The translations under genes and the position numbers were made by a program. DNA of 64,000 bases from Candidatus Kuenenia stuttgartensis (GTDB lineage: Bacteria; Planctomycetota; UBA11346). The notes beneath the pieces are model-generated. The model was not told the origin of the DNA, made no database searches, and saw only the letters and a program-made list of their open reading frames with translations. Positions 37,274 through 46,657 of the stretch are shown piece after piece (position 1 is the stretch's first letter; every line of letters begins with the position of its first letter). Location of the stretch: the NCBI GenBank assembly GCA_945872305.1, contig CAMCAC010000001.1:2970-66969 (forward strand), given 5' to 3'.

Positions 37274-38397
37274 CCGCTCCCGGTGGCCCGGCCCTTCGTC
37301 CGCTTGTGATCGCCCTCGACGGCCCCGCCGGGGCCGGAAAGAGCACCGTGACCCGGACCCTGGCGGGTCGCCTGGGGATCCTGTTCCTCGACACCGGCGC
37401 CATGTACCGGGCGAGCACCGTGGGTCTGTTCGCATCCGGCGTGGACCGCGACGATCCGGCGGCGGTGGCGGCGTTCGTGACCGGGCGCACGGTGGATTTC
37501 GATGCCGCCGGCCAGGTCCGTCTGGACGGCCAGGTGATGCCCCGGGAACGCATCCGCTCACCGGAGACCACCCGCGAGATCTGGCGGGTCGCCGACAATC
37601 CCGCCTGCCGGGCCCACCTCGTGGCCCAACAACAGGCCCTGGTCCGCGGCCGGGACTGCGTGATCGAGGGCCGCGATGCGACCACGGTCATCTGCCCCGA
37701 CGCCCAGCTGAAGGTCTACCTGGACGCGACCCCGGTCGAGCGGGCCCGGCGGCGCTTGGCGGAGTGGACGGCCCAGGGCCGCGGTGACCTGCCCAGCCTG
37801 GACGCGATCGCTGCCGAGATCGAGGAGCGGGATGCCCGTGACCGTGGTCGGGCGGTCGGCGCCCTGATGATGGCCGACGACGCGGTGCATCTGGTCACCG
37901 ACGGCATGCCGCCCGAGGCGGTGGTGGCCCGGCTCATCGCCCTCGCGGTGCAGCGCCATCCGTTCATCCTCGAACGGGCGGTGACCGACCAGGTGGTGGT
38001 CGGGCGCAGCCGCCAGCCGGGCTACGTGAGCGTGGCCGAGGGCGGCGACGGCCGCTGGAAGCTCGGCCTGACCAATCCCAGCGACGGCCGCATCCCCGGC
38101 ACCGTCCGCGACCTGACCCGCAACCATGGCGGCCGCCAGGCGGGTACCGTGGTCCAGGGCGCGGCGCTGCTCCTGCTCGCCGGCCGCGGCGAAGAGCACG
38201 GCTCCGTGGTGGCCCTGCCGATGCTGCCCCAGACCTGGTACGTCATCGAGCCCGGGGCCTGGCATGCGGTGGTCCAGGCCCACGGGACGATCTGCGCCTG
38301 GGCCGAGGCGGATGGCCTGCGCGAGGAACGCCGGGCCATGGACCCGGTGCGTCAGGCCGAGCTGGAGGCGCACCTGGCGGTGCTGCTGCCCAAGTGA
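37270..38397 (+). CDS. cmk: Cytidylate kinase fused to a ~165-aa C-terminal domain of unknown function
   Basis: N-terminus LVIALDGPAGAGKSTVTRTLAGRLGILFLDTGAMYRA is canonical Cmk with a P-loop. After ~225 aa the protein continues with …WKLGLTNPSDGRIPGTVRDL…WYVIEPGAWHAVVQAHGTICAWAE…, which is not part of any Cmk I know. Confidence 0.75.
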   Translation: MTAPGGPALRPLVIALDGPAGAGKSTVTRTLAGRLGILFLDTGAMYRASTVGLFASGVDRDDPAAVAAFVTGRTVDFDAAGQVRLDGQVMPRERIRSPETTREIWRVADNPACRAHLVAQQQALVRGRDCVIEGRDATTVICPDAQLKVYLDATPVERARRRLAEWTAQGRGDLPSLDAIAAEIEERDARDRGRAVGALMMADDAVHLVTDGMPPEAVVARLIALAVQRHPFILERAVTDQVVVGRSRQPGYVSVAEGGDGRWKLGLTNPSDGRIPGTVRDLTRNHGGRQAGTVVQGAALLLLAGRGEEHGSVVALPMLPQTWYVIEPGAWHAVVQAHGTICAWAEADGLREERRAMDPVRQAELEAHLAVLLPK

Positions 38398-40229
38398 GCG
38401 CTGCGGCCGAGGGGCCGGCCCTGCGTTGGCACGAACTGCGCCGGCTGGTCGCCCTGGCCTGGGTCCACCGGGTCCGCTTCGTGGTGATGACCGCGTCCAC
38501 GGCGCTCCATGCCGGTGTCGGCGGTCTGCTGCTCTATCTCGCCAAGGTGCTGTGGGAGCGCTGGTCCGCGGTCCAGGCGGCCATGGATGGCCACGTCGCC
38601 CCCGAGCAGGCGGGCCCGGTGATCGCCGCCGCCATGGCGGGCATGCAGACCGCCGCCTGGCAGGCGGCGGCCATCGCCCCGATCGCCGCCGGCACCGCGT
38701 ATATCGCCTGGTACTCGGGCCAGGCCCTGGCCAACGAGGTGATGCGCGACCTGCGTGCCCGCTTCGTCGGCCACCTGGTCGCCCAGGAGATCGCTTTCCA
38801 CGACCAGCTCGCCCGGGGCGAACTGCTGGCGCGGATGACCTCGGACCTCGACCGCATGCGCGGGATGATGCGGGTGATGGCCGGCCGGCTGCTCATCCGC
38901 CCGTTCGAGATCCTCGGCCTGCTCGGCGCCCTGGTGATCATCAACTGGAAGCTCGGCCTGATCCTCATGGCGGTGATCCTGCCCCTGGGCGCGGTGGCGG
39001 CCCGGCTCGCCGCGCGCACCCGCCGGCGCAGCCAGGTCGCCCGGGTCAGCCAGGAAAAGGTCTTCACCGACTTCGAACAGATCACCGCCGGCATCCGGGT
39101 GGTGAAGTCGATGGGCTCCGCCGAGCAGGAGATGGTCCGCTATGGCGTCGCCAACGACCGTTTCGCCAAGGACAACCTCAAGCTCGCCCGCACCCGGGCC
39201 CAGAGCGAGGCGGTCACCGAGGGCGGCGTTTTCCTGGTCTTCGCGGTCGGCATGGCGGTGGGCGCCTGGCTGTTCAGCAGCGGCGGCATCGAACCGGTGG
39301 CGCTGGTGCTGGTGCTCGCGGCGGTCGGCCGCATGGCCACCGCGGTGCGGGAACTGCAGCGCTCCCTGAGCGACATCATCGAAGGCCAGCCGGTGCTGGT
39401 CCGGGTGTTCGAGATCCTCGACCGCCAGCCGGCCATCGCCACCCGGCCCGGCGCGCAGCCCGCTTCGGCGCCCCGCCGGGCGATCACGCTGGAGGGAGTC
39501 CGTTTCCGCTACCATCCCGACGCCGGCGATGTCCTGCGCGGGGTCGACCTCGACATCCCCGCGGGCAGGACCACCGCCCTGGTCGGCCAGAGCGGCGGCG
39601 GCAAGACCACGATCCTCGACCTCATCCCGCGCCTGCGCGACGCCACCGCCGGGGCCGTGCGTTGGGATGGGGTCGATGTGCGCGACCTCGACCAGGCGGG
39701 CCTGATGCGCCAGGTCGCCATCGTCAACCAGGAGGCCTTCCTGTTCGACGACACCATCCGCAACAACATCCGCTACGGCCGGCCGTCAGCGACGGATGCG
39801 GAGATCGAACAGGCCGCCCGCCGGGCCCACGTCCACGAGGCGATCCTGTCCCTGGAGGGCGGCCTCGGCTACGACACCCGGGTCGGCGACCGCGGCGGCC
39901 GTCTGTCCGGCGGCCAGCGCCAGCGGGTCGCCATCGCCCGGGCCCTGTTGCGTGATGCGCCGGTGCTCCTGCTCGACGAGCCGACCAGCGCCCTGGATGC
40001 CGAGAGCGAGCACCAGGTGCAGCTCGCCCTGGCCGAACTGATGAAGGACCGCACCGTCGTGGTGATCGCCCACCGGCTGGCCACGGTCCAGCATGCGGAC
40101 CGGATCCATGTCATCGCCGGCAAGGATGACCCGGAGCCGGGCACGGTGCTCGAATCCGGCACCCATGCCGAACTGGTGGCCCGGGGCGGCGCCTACGCGC
40201 GCCTGGCGGCCCGGCAGAGGCTGGACTGA
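38394..40229 (+). CDS. ABC transporter, fused permease/ATPase of the MsbA/lipid-exporter type
   Basis: GTG start overlapping the cmk stop. N-terminal 6-TM domain, then the C-terminal ABC cassette GQSGGGKTT…LSGGQRQRVAIARALL…LLLDEPTSALD…VIAHRLATV. Confidence 0.85.
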   Translation: MSAAAEGPALRWHELRRLVALAWVHRVRFVVMTASTALHAGVGGLLLYLAKVLWERWSAVQAAMDGHVAPEQAGPVIAAAMAGMQTAAWQAAAIAPIAAGTAYIAWYSGQALANEVMRDLRARFVGHLVAQEIAFHDQLARGELLARMTSDLDRMRGMMRVMAGRLLIRPFEILGLLGALVIINWKLGLILMAVILPLGAVAARLAARTRRRSQVARVSQEKVFTDFEQITAGIRVVKSMGSAEQEMVRYGVANDRFAKDNLKLARTRAQSEAVTEGGVFLVFAVGMAVGAWLFSSGGIEPVALVLVLAAVGRMATAVRELQRSLSDIIEGQPVLVRVFEILDRQPAIATRPGAQPASAPRRAITLEGVRFRYHPDAGDVLRGVDLDIPAGRTTALVGQSGGGKTTILDLIPRLRDATAGAVRWDGVDVRDLDQAGLMRQVAIVNQEAFLFDDTIRNNIRYGRPSATDAEIEQAARRAHVHEAILSLEGGLGYDTRVGDRGGRLSGGQRQRVAIARALLRDAPVLLLDEPTSALDAESEHQVQLALAELMKDRTVVVIAHRLATVQHADRIHVIAGKDDPEPGTVLESGTHAELVARGGAYARLAARQRLD

Positions 40230-40236
40230 CCGGGTC

Positions 40237-41619
40237 TCAGCCGCCGCGCAGCAGGCGGCGCAGATCCTCGGCGGCCTGCTGGACATCGGCGATGCCGTCG
40301 CCCAGATCCTGGACCTGGATGCGGGTCGCATCCGCGACCGCCGCTGTGCTCTGGGTCTCCTGGTCGATGGCGGCGACGCTGTCGGCGAGCTGGCGCGCAT
40401 CCGCCGCCTGGCCATCCGCCGCGCCGCTCACGCCGTCGAGGGCGACCCGGAGGCGCTCGGCGGTCTCGGCACCGGTGACGAAGCGGGGGGCGAGCTCCCG
40501 TTCCAGCGCGGCCAGGCAACGGGTGGCGAAGGCCTCGGCGGCGATGCGGATGCGGCCCACGGCCTCTTCGCTGGCGTGGATGTGCTCGGCGGCCCGGCGG
40601 GCCTCTTCGGCGCTGCGGTTGGCGAGGTTGCGCACTTCATCAGCGACCACGGCGAATCCCGCCCCGGCCTCACCGGCCCGGGCGGCTTCGACAGCGGCAT
40701 TGAGGGCGAGGAGATTGGTCTGGAAGGCGATATCGTCGATGGTCTGCGCGATGGCCCGGGTCTCGTGGGTGGTGGCGACCGCCCCGTCGAAGCCGGTGCG
40801 CATCTCCGTCACCAGGGCGGACAGTCCGGCGATCGCCTGCTCGGCGGCCCGGCGCCCCTCGCCGGCCCCATCCCGGGCGGCGGCGGCGGCCTCGGCGGCG
40901 CTCCGGCCTTCCCGGGCGGTGGCGGTGGCCCGGCCCACGCTCTCGCGGATCGTGGCATTGATCGTCTCCAGGTCCGCTGCCTGACGGCTGGCGGAGTCCG
41001 CCAGGGTGGTGGACGATGCATCCAGGGATCCGGCCACCTGGCGTGCGCCCGCCACCGTCGCATCAAGACCGTCGGCGAGACGCAGGAGCGGTGCCACCAC
41101 GGTCCGGCGCAGGGCCAGGACCAGTGCCAAGGCGAGGACCACGGTGGCCAGGATGACGCCGGCCGCGGTCCAGGCGATCAGCCGCCGCAGCTCGGCGGCG
41201 ACGGCGGAGCGGTCGACGGCCATGTGGATGGTGGCCAGGACCGTGCCTTCGCGCCGGACCTCGGCGGTCAGGCCGCCGGCGGCGGGTTTCGGGTCGGCAT
41301 CCGCTGGACCCTCCGGTCCCTTGGTCCGGGCGACCAGGGGGGCTTTGGCGGTGGGTTCGATGACATGGAGTGCGGCGATGGGACCGGTGGCGATTTCCGC
41401 ATCGACCACCGACCGGGCGAGTCCGGCATCGCCGTTCCACACCGGCTCGACCAGGGACTGGGTCAGACGTTGGAGGATGCCGTGCGCCTCACGCTCCAGG
41501 GCCCGCTCGCGATCCTGGGCCACCGACCAGGCGAGGACGGCCCCGGCGACGGCCAGGACGATGGCCCCCTGGGCCAGGCTGGTGAAGAGCAGGCGGACCG
41601 TGATCCCGGAACGGCGCAT
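40237..41619 (-). CDS. Methyl-accepting chemotaxis protein
   Basis: Two TM helices flank a periplasmic region, then HAMP and the highly conserved MCP signalling domain (…[44 protein letters not shown]…). Confidence 0.85.
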   Translation of the reverse strand: MRRSGITVRLLFTSLAQGAIVLAVAGAVLAWSVAQDRERALEREAHGILQRLTQSLVEPVWNGDAGLARSVVDAEIATGPIAALHVIEPTAKAPLVARTKGPEGPADADPKPAAGGLTAEVRREGTVLATIHMAVDRSAVAAELRRLIAWTAAGVILATVVLALALVLALRRTVVAPLLRLADGLDATVAGARQVAGSLDASSTTLADSASRQAADLETINATIRESVGRATATAREGRSAAEAAAAARDGAGEGRRAAEQAIAGLSALVTEMRTGFDGAVATTHETRAIAQTIDDIAFQTNLLALNAAVEAARAGEAGAGFAVVADEVRNLANRSAEEARRAAEHIHASEEAVGRIRIAAEAFATRCLAALERELAPRFVTGAETAERLRVALDGVSGAADGQAADARQLADSVAAIDQETQSTAAVADATRIQVQDLGDGIADVQQAAEDLRRLLRGG

Positions 41620-41625
41620 GGGATG

Positions 41626-42387
41626 TCAGCGCTTCCAGTCAGTGACGCCGTAGCGGGCCAGGATCGGTGCCAGGGAACCGTCGGCACGCATCGCCGCGAT
41701 GCCATCGCCCAGGGTCTTGGCCAGGGTCCGGCCGCGATCCGTGGGGCTGAAGCCGATGAACAGCGGGTAGCCTTCGCCGGAGGTGCCTGCATTGCGGATC
41801 GCCGCCGGATCGACCTTGGCCGCGGCGGCGCTCGCCTGGATCACCGACCAGTCTTCGATGAACAGGTCGATGCGCTTGCGTGCGAGCAGGCCGGTGGCGA
41901 GCTCGATCGGCTTGTCGCCCTTGAGACTCTGCACCTTCTGGGGATTGGCGGCGAACCACTCGCTGTAGGAATGTCCCTGGGGATCCTTGCCGTAGTCGTA
42001 GTCCTGGACGACGCCGACGGCCAGCCCCTTCAGGCTGTCCGGGCCGCTGTAGGTCCAGGTGCTGTCCGCCGGGGTCGCGAAGATGGGCTGCCAATAGGCC
42101 GAGGCCTCGGCGGGGAAGGCGAGATCGGGGGTGCCCTCCGGCTCCGCGCCGACCGCACCGTCGATGCGCCCTGCCGTGACCTCGTCGATGGTCCGGGTCC
42201 ACGGCATGACCTGATAGTCGACGGTGATGCCCGACTTGGTGAACACCGCCGTCGCGACCTCGATGATCAGGCCGGGCCGATCCGACTTGGGATCCCCGTT
42301 GAAGGGCGGGTAGTGGTCGGCGCGCAGGGTCACCGTGTCGGCGGCGGCCAGGCCGGTGGCGATGACGAAGCAGGCGAGGAGGCGCAT
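41626..42387 (-). CDS. Periplasmic solute-binding protein (family 3 / amino-acid-type), co-operonic with the MCP
   Basis: Signal peptide MRLLACFVIATGLAAA; ~250 aa with the two-lobe SBP_bac_3 layout (…DVVIGAISITPER-like…KRIDLFIEDWSVIQ…). Ends 7 nt before the MCP start. Confidence 0.7.
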   Translation of the reverse strand: MRLLACFVIATGLAAADTVTLRADHYPPFNGDPKSDRPGLIIEVATAVFTKSGITVDYQVMPWTRTIDEVTAGRIDGAVGAEPEGTPDLAFPAEASAYWQPIFATPADSTWTYSGPDSLKGLAVGVVQDYDYGKDPQGHSYSEWFAANPQKVQSLKGDKPIELATGLLARKRIDLFIEDWSVIQASAAAAKVDPAAIRNAGTSGEGYPLFIGFSPTDRGRTLAKTLGDGIAAMRADGSLAPILARYGVTDWKR

Positions 42388-42560
42388 GCGGATCCCATGG
42401 GCGACCGGGAGGCGGGGTCGGTAGTGCGCCCGCGGTGCAGGCGGAATACCGAAGAAGAGCCCGGGTCCTGCTCCTGGTCGGCGGAGCCGTGGTGGACCGT
42501 GTCAGGTTACCCCAGGGATCCGCGATGTGCAAAGTGCTTCATGCCAATGCATCACCCCGT

Positions 42561-42914
42561 TCAGGCCGGACGAACCTCGGCCTCAGGGGTCAGGATGATG
42601 AACGGTTCCGCCCATTGGGACGGGTCCGCCACGTCCCAGGCGGGGGGTGCCCCGTCGGGCCCGGCGGTCTCCGCCAGGCGCAGGCCATGCTCGCCGCCGG
42701 TGAGCAGGCGGGCGGGTCCGTCGCCGCTCTCCTCGATCGGGTGGAACAGGGCCGGGACCGGACCGTTTTCGGACCATCCGGTGATCGCGCACCATGCCCA
42801 GCGGTCGTCACGCCAGAGCCGGACCGTCCGGACGGCGATGGCCGGGCCGGTGATGGTGAAGGTCGCCATCGCCGGTTCCGGCAGGTTGTCGTTGGGAAGG
42901 ATGTCGATGTACAT
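42561..42914 (-). CDS. Hypothetical protein, 117 aa
   Basis: Start ATG overlaps the LpxL-family gene stop (coupled). GC3-rich codon usage; no recognisable motif. Confidence 0.35.
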   Translation of the reverse strand: MYIDILPNDNLPEPAMATFTITGPAIAVRTVRLWRDDRWAWCAITGWSENGPVPALFHPIEESGDGPARLLTGGEHGLRLAETAGPDGAPPAWDVADPSQWAEPFIILTPEAEVRPA

Positions 42915-43907
42915 TCAGCGGAACCAGGCGAGGCCTTTGCACCAGTCCGTGGCGCGGTCGGTGCGCGGCTCGCCGCGCAGACGACGATGCTGCCAGAAGT
43001 ACTGGCCGGGGAAGGCTGCGATGCAGGCGGACATCCCGTCGCAGGACTTCTGGCGCAGATCGTTCTCATCCGCCCCGGTCAGCGGCCGGCCGATCCACAC
43101 CACCGAGCGGCCGGCGCGCCGGCGCAGCCCGAAACCGGGGACCAGGGATGCGCCGGAGCGCAGGGCGAAGAACGCCGGTCCGGCCTGGACGAGCAGGCGG
43201 TGGCCGAGGAAATCCGCTTCGGCGCCCTCGCCCCGGGCCGGTCGCTGGTCGGCGAGCAGGCCGAGCCCGCCACCGTCCCGGAGCAGGCGCAGAGCCTTCA
43301 CCGCCGCCGTGCGGTCGCCGCGGTGGGCGAGCAGGACGCGCATCCCCAGGTCCGCCCGCCGGCGGTTGGTGGCCGCATCGACGGCCGGATCGTGCTGCTC
43401 CTTGGCATAGGCGGTCACCGAACCGTAGCGCGCGGCCCAGGCGTGGGCCGCCATGTCCCAGGATCCGAGGTGGAGGGTCGCGAAGACCACGCCCCCGGCC
43501 CCGGCGAGCCGGTCGCACCAGCCTGGGTCGAGGAGTTCCACATGGCGCTCCGGACCGTCAGGGCCTCCGACGGTCCACAATTCCAGGAACGAGGCACCCA
43601 TGGTCGCATAGCTGCGGCGGAGGGTCCGCGCCCGGGCCCGGCCGCGCAGCCCGAGGGTCGCGGTCAGCTGGTCCTGGGCGACCCGGCGGCGGATGCCGAG
43701 GCGCCAGGCGAGCACGCCCAGGCCGCCGCCGATCCGGCAGGCGGTGTCCGCCGCCAAGCGGTTGAGGACGCGGAGGAGGAGCCAGGAGACGAGTCGGTCG
43801 CGCACGGGCCGGGATGCTGCCGGGTGGCGGCGGATCCGCCACGGTCGGGGCCGGTGCGGGGTTTCCCTACGCGCCGGAGCCCGGATCGCATGGTACGCTG
43901 GGTGCAT
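42915..43907 (-). CDS. Lipid A biosynthesis lauroyl/myristoyl acyltransferase family (LpxL/HtrB-like)
   Basis: ATLHLGSWDMAAH (HX4D acyltransferase motif), and the family-typical C-terminus FPGQYFWQHRRL. Start set at the internal ATG; the upstream part of the 574-aa ORF is antisense to the EF-hand gene. Confidence 0.7.
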   Translation of the reverse strand: MHPAYHAIRAPARRETPHRPRPWRIRRHPAASRPVRDRLVSWLLLRVLNRLAADTACRIGGGLGVLAWRLGIRRRVAQDQLTATLGLRGRARARTLRRSYATMGASFLELWTVGGPDGPERHVELLDPGWCDRLAGAGGVVFATLHLGSWDMAAHAWAARYGSVTAYAKEQHDPAVDAATNRRRADLGMRVLLAHRGDRTAAVKALRLLRDGGGLGLLADQRPARGEGAEADFLGHRLLVQAGPAFFALRSGASLVPGFGLRRRAGRSVVWIGRPLTGADENDLRQKSCDGMSACIAAFPGQYFWQHRRLRGEPRTDRATDWCKGLAWFR

Positions 43908-43955
43908 GACGGATCGGCGTCGGGCATGCCGCCCGCCCCAGATCCGGAGGACGCC

Positions 43956-44471
43956 ATGCGTACCACCCTGCTCATCACCCTCATCGCCACCCTCCCCGCC
44001 TTCGCCGCCGAGGATGTCGGCGAGAAGCCCGGCAAGGCCGGCGAGCGCCGTCTCAGCCCCGAGCAGCGGCAGAAGCTCATCGAGCGTTTCGATGCCAACA
44101 AGGATGGACAGCTCGACGACACCGAGAAGGCCGCCGCGAAGGAAGCCATGCAGGCCCGCAAGGGCGAAATCCTGGCGAAGTACGACACCGACAAGGACGG
44201 CCAGCTGAACGAGGCCGAGCGGGGCGCGGCCCGCGAAGCGATGCGTGCCGAGCACGGGGATGTGTTCGGCCGTCTCGATGTGAACAAGGACGGCTCGCTG
44301 TCCCGTGAGGAATGGGATGCCGGGAAGGAGCGCCGTGAGGAGCGCCGTGAGGAACATCAGGGCAAGCGCGAAGAGCGCCGCGAGGACCAGCAAGGCAAGC
44401 GCGAGGAACGCCGCGAGGAGCACCAGGGCAAGCGCGAGGAGCGTCAGGGCAAGCGCGACGACCGTCCCTGA
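43956..44471 (+). CDS. Secreted EF-hand calcium-binding protein with a C-terminal EERREEHQGKR tandem repeat
   Basis: GGAGG RBS, signal peptide MRTTLLITLIATLPAFAA, three EF-hand loops (DANKDGQLDDTE, DTDKDGQLNEAE, DVNKDGSLSREE), then 4 imperfect 11-aa repeats (…EERREEHQGKR…). Confidence 0.7.
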   Translation: MRTTLLITLIATLPAFAAEDVGEKPGKAGERRLSPEQRQKLIERFDANKDGQLDDTEKAAAKEAMQARKGEILAKYDTDKDGQLNEAERGAAREAMRAEHGDVFGRLDVNKDGSLSREEWDAGKERREERREEHQGKREERREDQQGKREERREEHQGKREERQGKRDDRP

Positions 44472-44654
44472 TTCCACATCCGGCCGCTGGACCCGGTTCC
44501 GGTCACCGGCCCTCCTCGGATCCGGGACAGGGTCCCAGGCCATAGGCGGCGCGCATGTCCGGCTCGACGGGCCGGCATGCGCGACAAGGCTGGACCCCGG
44601 CACACTTGCCGGGGTCCGGCGTGTCCGTACATGCCCCATCCAACGGAGTCACTC

Positions 44655-44909
44655 ATGGCTGTCACCAAAGTCTGGATCGAAGAAGGCTGCATCGTCTGCA
44701 ACGCATGCGAGACCGCCTGTCCCGAAGTCTTCCATGTCACCGAGGACTCCTGCGTGATCCGCGCCGAGGTCCGTCCGGACGGCGCTTCGGATCCCAACCT
44801 GGCATCCAAGCTGCCGTTGACCGCCAGCGTCGGCGCGGATCTGGAATCCCAGATCATCGAGGCGGCCGAGGGCTGCCCGGTCGAAGTGATCAAGTTCGAG
44901 AAAGTCTGA
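44655..44909 (+). CDS. Small ferredoxin, 84 aa
   Basis: MAVTKVWIEEGCIVCNACETACPEVF… has the CxxCxxCxxxCP cluster motif plus additional Cys. Start taken at the internal ATG. Confidence 0.65.
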   Translation: MAVTKVWIEEGCIVCNACETACPEVFHVTEDSCVIRAEVRPDGASDPNLASKLPLTASVGADLESQIIEAAEGCPVEVIKFEKV

Positions 44910-44915
44910 AAAACA

Positions 44916-44946
44916 GGTCTGCATGGACCTGGGTCCATGCAGACCC
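44916..44946 (-). terminator. Perfect 14-bp hairpin GGTCTGCATGGACC-tgg-GGTCCATGCAGACC flanked by A5 on the plus strand (a T5 tract on the minus strand)
   Basis: It is 7 nt after the ferredoxin stop. On the minus strand it reads as a textbook intrinsic terminator (hairpin + TGTTTTTC), although no annotated minus-strand gene ends here. Confidence 0.5.
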
Positions 44947-45019
44947 TCCACGATGATCCCGGAAGCCGGGCTCAAGTGGGGGCCATCCCCGCCGATAGTA
45001 CCATCGGGAACCCCACGCC

Positions 45020-45313
45020 ATGGAGATCAACGATCTCGGTTCTGCTGATCGTCTCCACCGCAAGCGTCAACACGACGCGGCGCGGGCGGCGGCGACGCGT
45101 CCCCCGGGCACTGCCGCCGGAGCGGCGGATGAAGCCCAGGTCAGCGGCCTGGATCAGGCTGCCGTCACCCGCCTTGTGGACCGCCTCAAGGGCATGGACC
45201 CGGTCCAGGCCCACCGGGTCGAGGCCCTGCGCAAGCAGATCTCCGAAGGAAACTACTCCGCCGATCCCGACGCCCTGGCCGAGGCCTTCATCACCCGCGA
45301 TGACGGGCGTTGA
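45020..45313 (+). CDS. flgM: FlgM-like anti-sigma-28 factor
   Basis: C-terminus …VDRLKGMDPVQAHRVEALRKQISEGNYSADPDALAEAF matches the conserved FlgM sigma-28 binding helix pattern (I..G.Y.vD…lA…). Confidence 0.65.
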   Translation: MEINDLGSADRLHRKRQHDAARAAATRPPGTAAGAADEAQVSGLDQAAVTRLVDRLKGMDPVQAHRVEALRKQISEGNYSADPDALAEAFITRDDGR

Positions 45314-45322
45314 GGTGCTGCC

Positions 45323-46657
45323 GTGCGCTGGCTCGCCCCCGTCCTGCTTGCCGGCGCCCTGGCCGGGGCCGATCTCGTCCAACTCGAAGAGGGATCGAGC
45401 GGCCATCTGACCCTGCTCGGCAACGAGGCCCTGGTCCAGGGCCGGCTCGACACCGCCGCGGAAATGTTCCAGCGTGCGATCAGCATCGATCGCACGAACC
45501 TGCAGGCCATCTTCAATCTCGCCCTCACCCACCAGCAGCAGGGCCGCTACGACGATGCCCGCCGCTGGTACGACGAGGCCCAGCGGCTGAGCCCGGGCAA
45601 CGCCGATGTGCTCAACAACCTGGGGATCATCGCCTATCGCCAGGAGGATTTCCCGGCTGCGGTGGCCCGCTTCAGCGAGGCCGCCCGCGCCGCCTCGGGG
45701 ACGCCGGCCTTTGCCGCCGATTCCTGGTTCAATCTCGGCACCGCCCACGAACGGCTGAGCGCCCCGGACGACGCCCGACGGGCCTATGAAGAGGCCTTGG
45801 CGGTGGATGGCGGTCACGCCGCGGCCCACTTCAATCTGGGCACCCTGTACCTCGGCCCCTTGGGAGACCGGCCCGGGGCGCTCGAGCGGGCCCGCACCCA
45901 CCTGGGGCGGGCCGTCGCCCTCGACGGCCAGCGGCCGGACGCCTGGATCAACCTCGGCCTGTGCGACGAGCGCCGCCTGCGTGCCGGGGTGCGCAGCCAG
46001 CCCCAGCCGGATCCCGACCAGGCATTCGCCACCGCGGTCGAGGTGGCCAACGGGCGTAGCCGGCTGGCGGCCCTGTGGGCCCGGGCCCAGTACTTCAACC
46101 GCGGCCAGCCGCCACGCCGGGTGGCGATGCGCGACGACCTGCGCCGGATCCTGGCCGAGGACGCCGCCTATCCCGATGCCAACGGCCTGCTCGGCGCCTA
46201 TCATTTCGCCATCGGCGAGTTTGATCGGGCGATCACCCACCTCGAGCGCGAGGTGACCGGCGAGGCGGACGATGCGACCAGCCGGGTCGACCTCGAAACC
46301 CACTTCCTGCTCGCCCTGATCTACGCCGATCATCGGATCGATCCGACCCGGGCCCTGGCCCACGCCACCGCCTATTACCGCCGCGATCCGGACAGCCCGC
46401 GCATCCACGACCTCCGCCGCCGGGCCCTCCGGCTGGGTGGGGGCGCGGCGGAGCCCGTGGACGGCCACGGTGCGGCCCCGGCGGGCGGCGGACACGGTGG
46501 CGCGGATACCCATTCCGGCGCTGTCGCCGACCCGGCCCCGACGGACGCTGCCGGCGGCCACGCCGCCGCCGCCCATGCCGCCCCTGCCCGGGAGCCGGCT
46601 GGGAGCCATGCGCCCAGCGGCCATGCGCCCGCGGCGGGCCATGGCGGGGGGCACTGA
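45323..46657 (+). CDS. TPR-repeat protein with signal peptide and a His/Gly/Ala-rich C-terminal tail
   Basis: GTG start. Multiple TPR units (…AIFNLALTHQQQGRYDDARRWYDEAQRLSPGNADVLNNLGIIAYRQEDFPAAV…). Tail: GHGAAPAGGGHGGADTHSG…HAPSGHAPAAGHGGGH. Confidence 0.6.
   Translation: MRWLAPVLLAGALAGADLVQLEEGSSGHLTLLGNEALVQGRLDTAAEMFQRAISIDRTNLQAIFNLALTHQQQGRYDDARRWYDEAQRLSPGNADVLNNLGIIAYRQEDFPAAVARFSEAARAASGTPAFAADSWFNLGTAHERLSAPDDARRAYEEALAVDGGHAAAHFNLGTLYLGPLGDRPGALERARTHLGRAVALDGQRPDAWINLGLCDERRLRAGVRSQPQPDPDQAFATAVEVANGRSRLAALWARAQYFNRGQPPRRVAMRDDLRRILAEDAAYPDANGLLGAYHFAIGEFDRAITHLEREVTGEADDATSRVDLETHFLLALIYADHRIDPTRALAHATAYYRRDPDSPRIHDLRRRALRLGGGAAEPVDGHGAAPAGGGHGGADTHSGAVADPAPTDAAGGHAAAAHAAPAREPAGSHAPSGHAPAAGHGGGH

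Noticed and set aside
44589-44612. 10-bp perfect hairpin GACCCCGGCA-cact-TGCCGGGGTC between the EF-hand gene and the ferredoxin gene
   Set aside because: No adjacent U-tract on either strand, and it sits 118 bp from the nearest stop codon. It could be a structured 5' UTR element of the ferredoxin gene, but nothing specific supports that.
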